A DNA stretch of 14,455 nucleotides from a virus: the UHGV virus genome UHGV-0102464. The stretch is one strand, 5' to 3'. Below, in pieces: positions 13,717 to 14,455 of the stretch. A program made the position numbers and the translations under genes. The number at the start of each line of letters is the position of its first letter. Position 1 is the stretch's first letter. The notes below the pieces were generated by a model, which saw only the letters and a list, made by a program, of their open reading frames with translations, was not told where the DNA came from and did not search any database.

Positions 13717-14455
13717 ATGGCAACCGTTGCAGATGGATTCCGCTACGCCGAGCGCGTGGTATCTGGCGATATCGTTGCTGGCGAACTGGTGCGTCTTGCG
13801 TGCCAGCGGTTCTTTCATGATTTAGAGCACGGCCCGGAGCGCGGTGTTTATTTTGATGAAGGCCGCGCCCAGCACGTTCTCGATTTTTATAACTTCGTCC
13901 CCCATGTGAAGGGGCACTTGACCGGCAAGCCGATCGAGTTGATGGACTGGCACACCTTCATCCTGATTAACCTTTTCGGGTTTGTCGTCCCGCTGATAGA
14001 TGAAATAACGTTTGAGAGCATTCTTGACGACGATGGCGACCCCATGTTTGTGCGTCGCTTTCGTACCGCCTATGACGAAGTAGCGCGTAAAAATGCAAAA
14101 TCAACGCTTTCGTCTGGCATCGGGCTTTATATGACTGGTGCCGACGGTGAGGGTGGTTCTGAGGTTTATTCCGCAGCAACAACCAGGGATCAGGCCCGCA
14201 TCGTGTTTGATGATGCGAAGCGCATGATTAAGCTGGCTCCGAAAACACTGGGCCGGTTGTTTGGTAGTAACAAGTTGAATATTCACCAGGAGCGGACGGG
14301 TTCAAAATTCGAACCTGTAGCCAGTGATGCGAATAACCTCGACGGCCTTAATATTCACTGCGGGATCGTTGATGAGCTTCACGCACATAAAACCCGTGAC
14401 GTCTGGGAAGTTCTCGAAACGGCAACCGGCGCCCGACTACAGTCTCTTATCTTCG
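13717..14455 (+). CDS. Terminase large subunit, 5' portion (open to window end; absent from ORF track because no stop is reached)
   Basis: Translated by hand from ATG 13717: MATVADGFRYAERVVSGDIVAGELVRLACQRFFHDLEHGPERGVYFDE... with no stop to 14455. Deviant Walker-A-like ..VARKNAKST.. and Walker-B-like ..HCGIVDELHAH... The adjacent ATG 13713 is in a frame that terminates after 36 codons. Confidence 0.8.
   Translation, partial: MATVADGFRYAERVVSGDIVAGELVRLACQRFFHDLEHGPERGVYFDEGRAQHVLDFYNFVPHVKGHLTGKPIELMDWHTFILINLFGFVVPLIDEITFESILDDDGDPMFVRRFRTAYDEVARKNAKSTLSSGIGLYMTGADGEGGSEVYSAATTRDQARIVFDDAKRMIKLAPKTLGRLFGSNKLNIHQERTGSKFEPVASDANNLDGLNIHCGIVDELHAHKTRDVWEVLETATGARLQSLIF

Larger units (their letters stand above)
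6304..14455 (+). mobile_element. Lambdoid prophage late region (partial): late promoter module, two lysis cassettes, morons, HNH, terminase
   Basis: Gene order and content as listed in the individual features. All genes are on the + strand, with ATGA/GTGA overlapping junctions typical of phage late operons. Confidence 0.8.

Noticed and set aside
13967-14286. Minus-strand ORFs 13967..14182 and 14101..14286
   Set aside because: They are antisense to the terminase large subunit reading frame, which is open from 13717 to the window end.
1-14455. CRISPR array, tRNA or rRNA genes
   Set aside because: No regularly spaced direct repeats with unique spacers, and no cloverleaf-like or rRNA-like conserved sequence, were seen on either strand.

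Overview
Worked by eye from the sequence and the supplied ORF track only; no database search or computation was possible, so every family assignment rests on motif recognition and needs HMM/BLAST confirmation. The window looks like a junction between two horizontally acquired elements. LEFT (about 1-5980, strongly AT-rich by eye): an integrase-associated island whose right edge is a ~35-nt copy of the 3' end of ssrA (tmRNA), followed on the minus strand by a P4/IntA-family tyrosine integrase and then a translationally coupled three-gene operon: a large serine recombinase with a non-canonical C-terminal half, and two paralogous ParB/Srx-fold (ParBc-like) proteins. The first ParB-like gene is split between two reading frames exactly at an A7 homopolymer; a -1 slip or one-base length change would give a ~298-aa protein, the same length as its paralog. 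I could not match this operon to any characterised system and regard it as the best candidate for an undescribed module, function unknown. RIGHT (about 6300-14455, higher GC): a lambdoid prophage late region with a pR'-like promoter plus short-transcript terminator and no Q antiterminator gene in the window, two tandem lysis cassettes (holin + GH19 endolysin + overlapping spanin pair; holin + GH108 endolysin + membrane protein + overlapping spanin pair), an AP2-like protein between them, an AT-rich moron bracketed by a repeated 36-bp promoter/operator-like element and a strong terminator, then HNH endonuclease, terminase small subunit and the 5' part of terminase large subunit (cut by the window end). 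No rRNA, tRNA, intact tmRNA or CRISPR array was seen.
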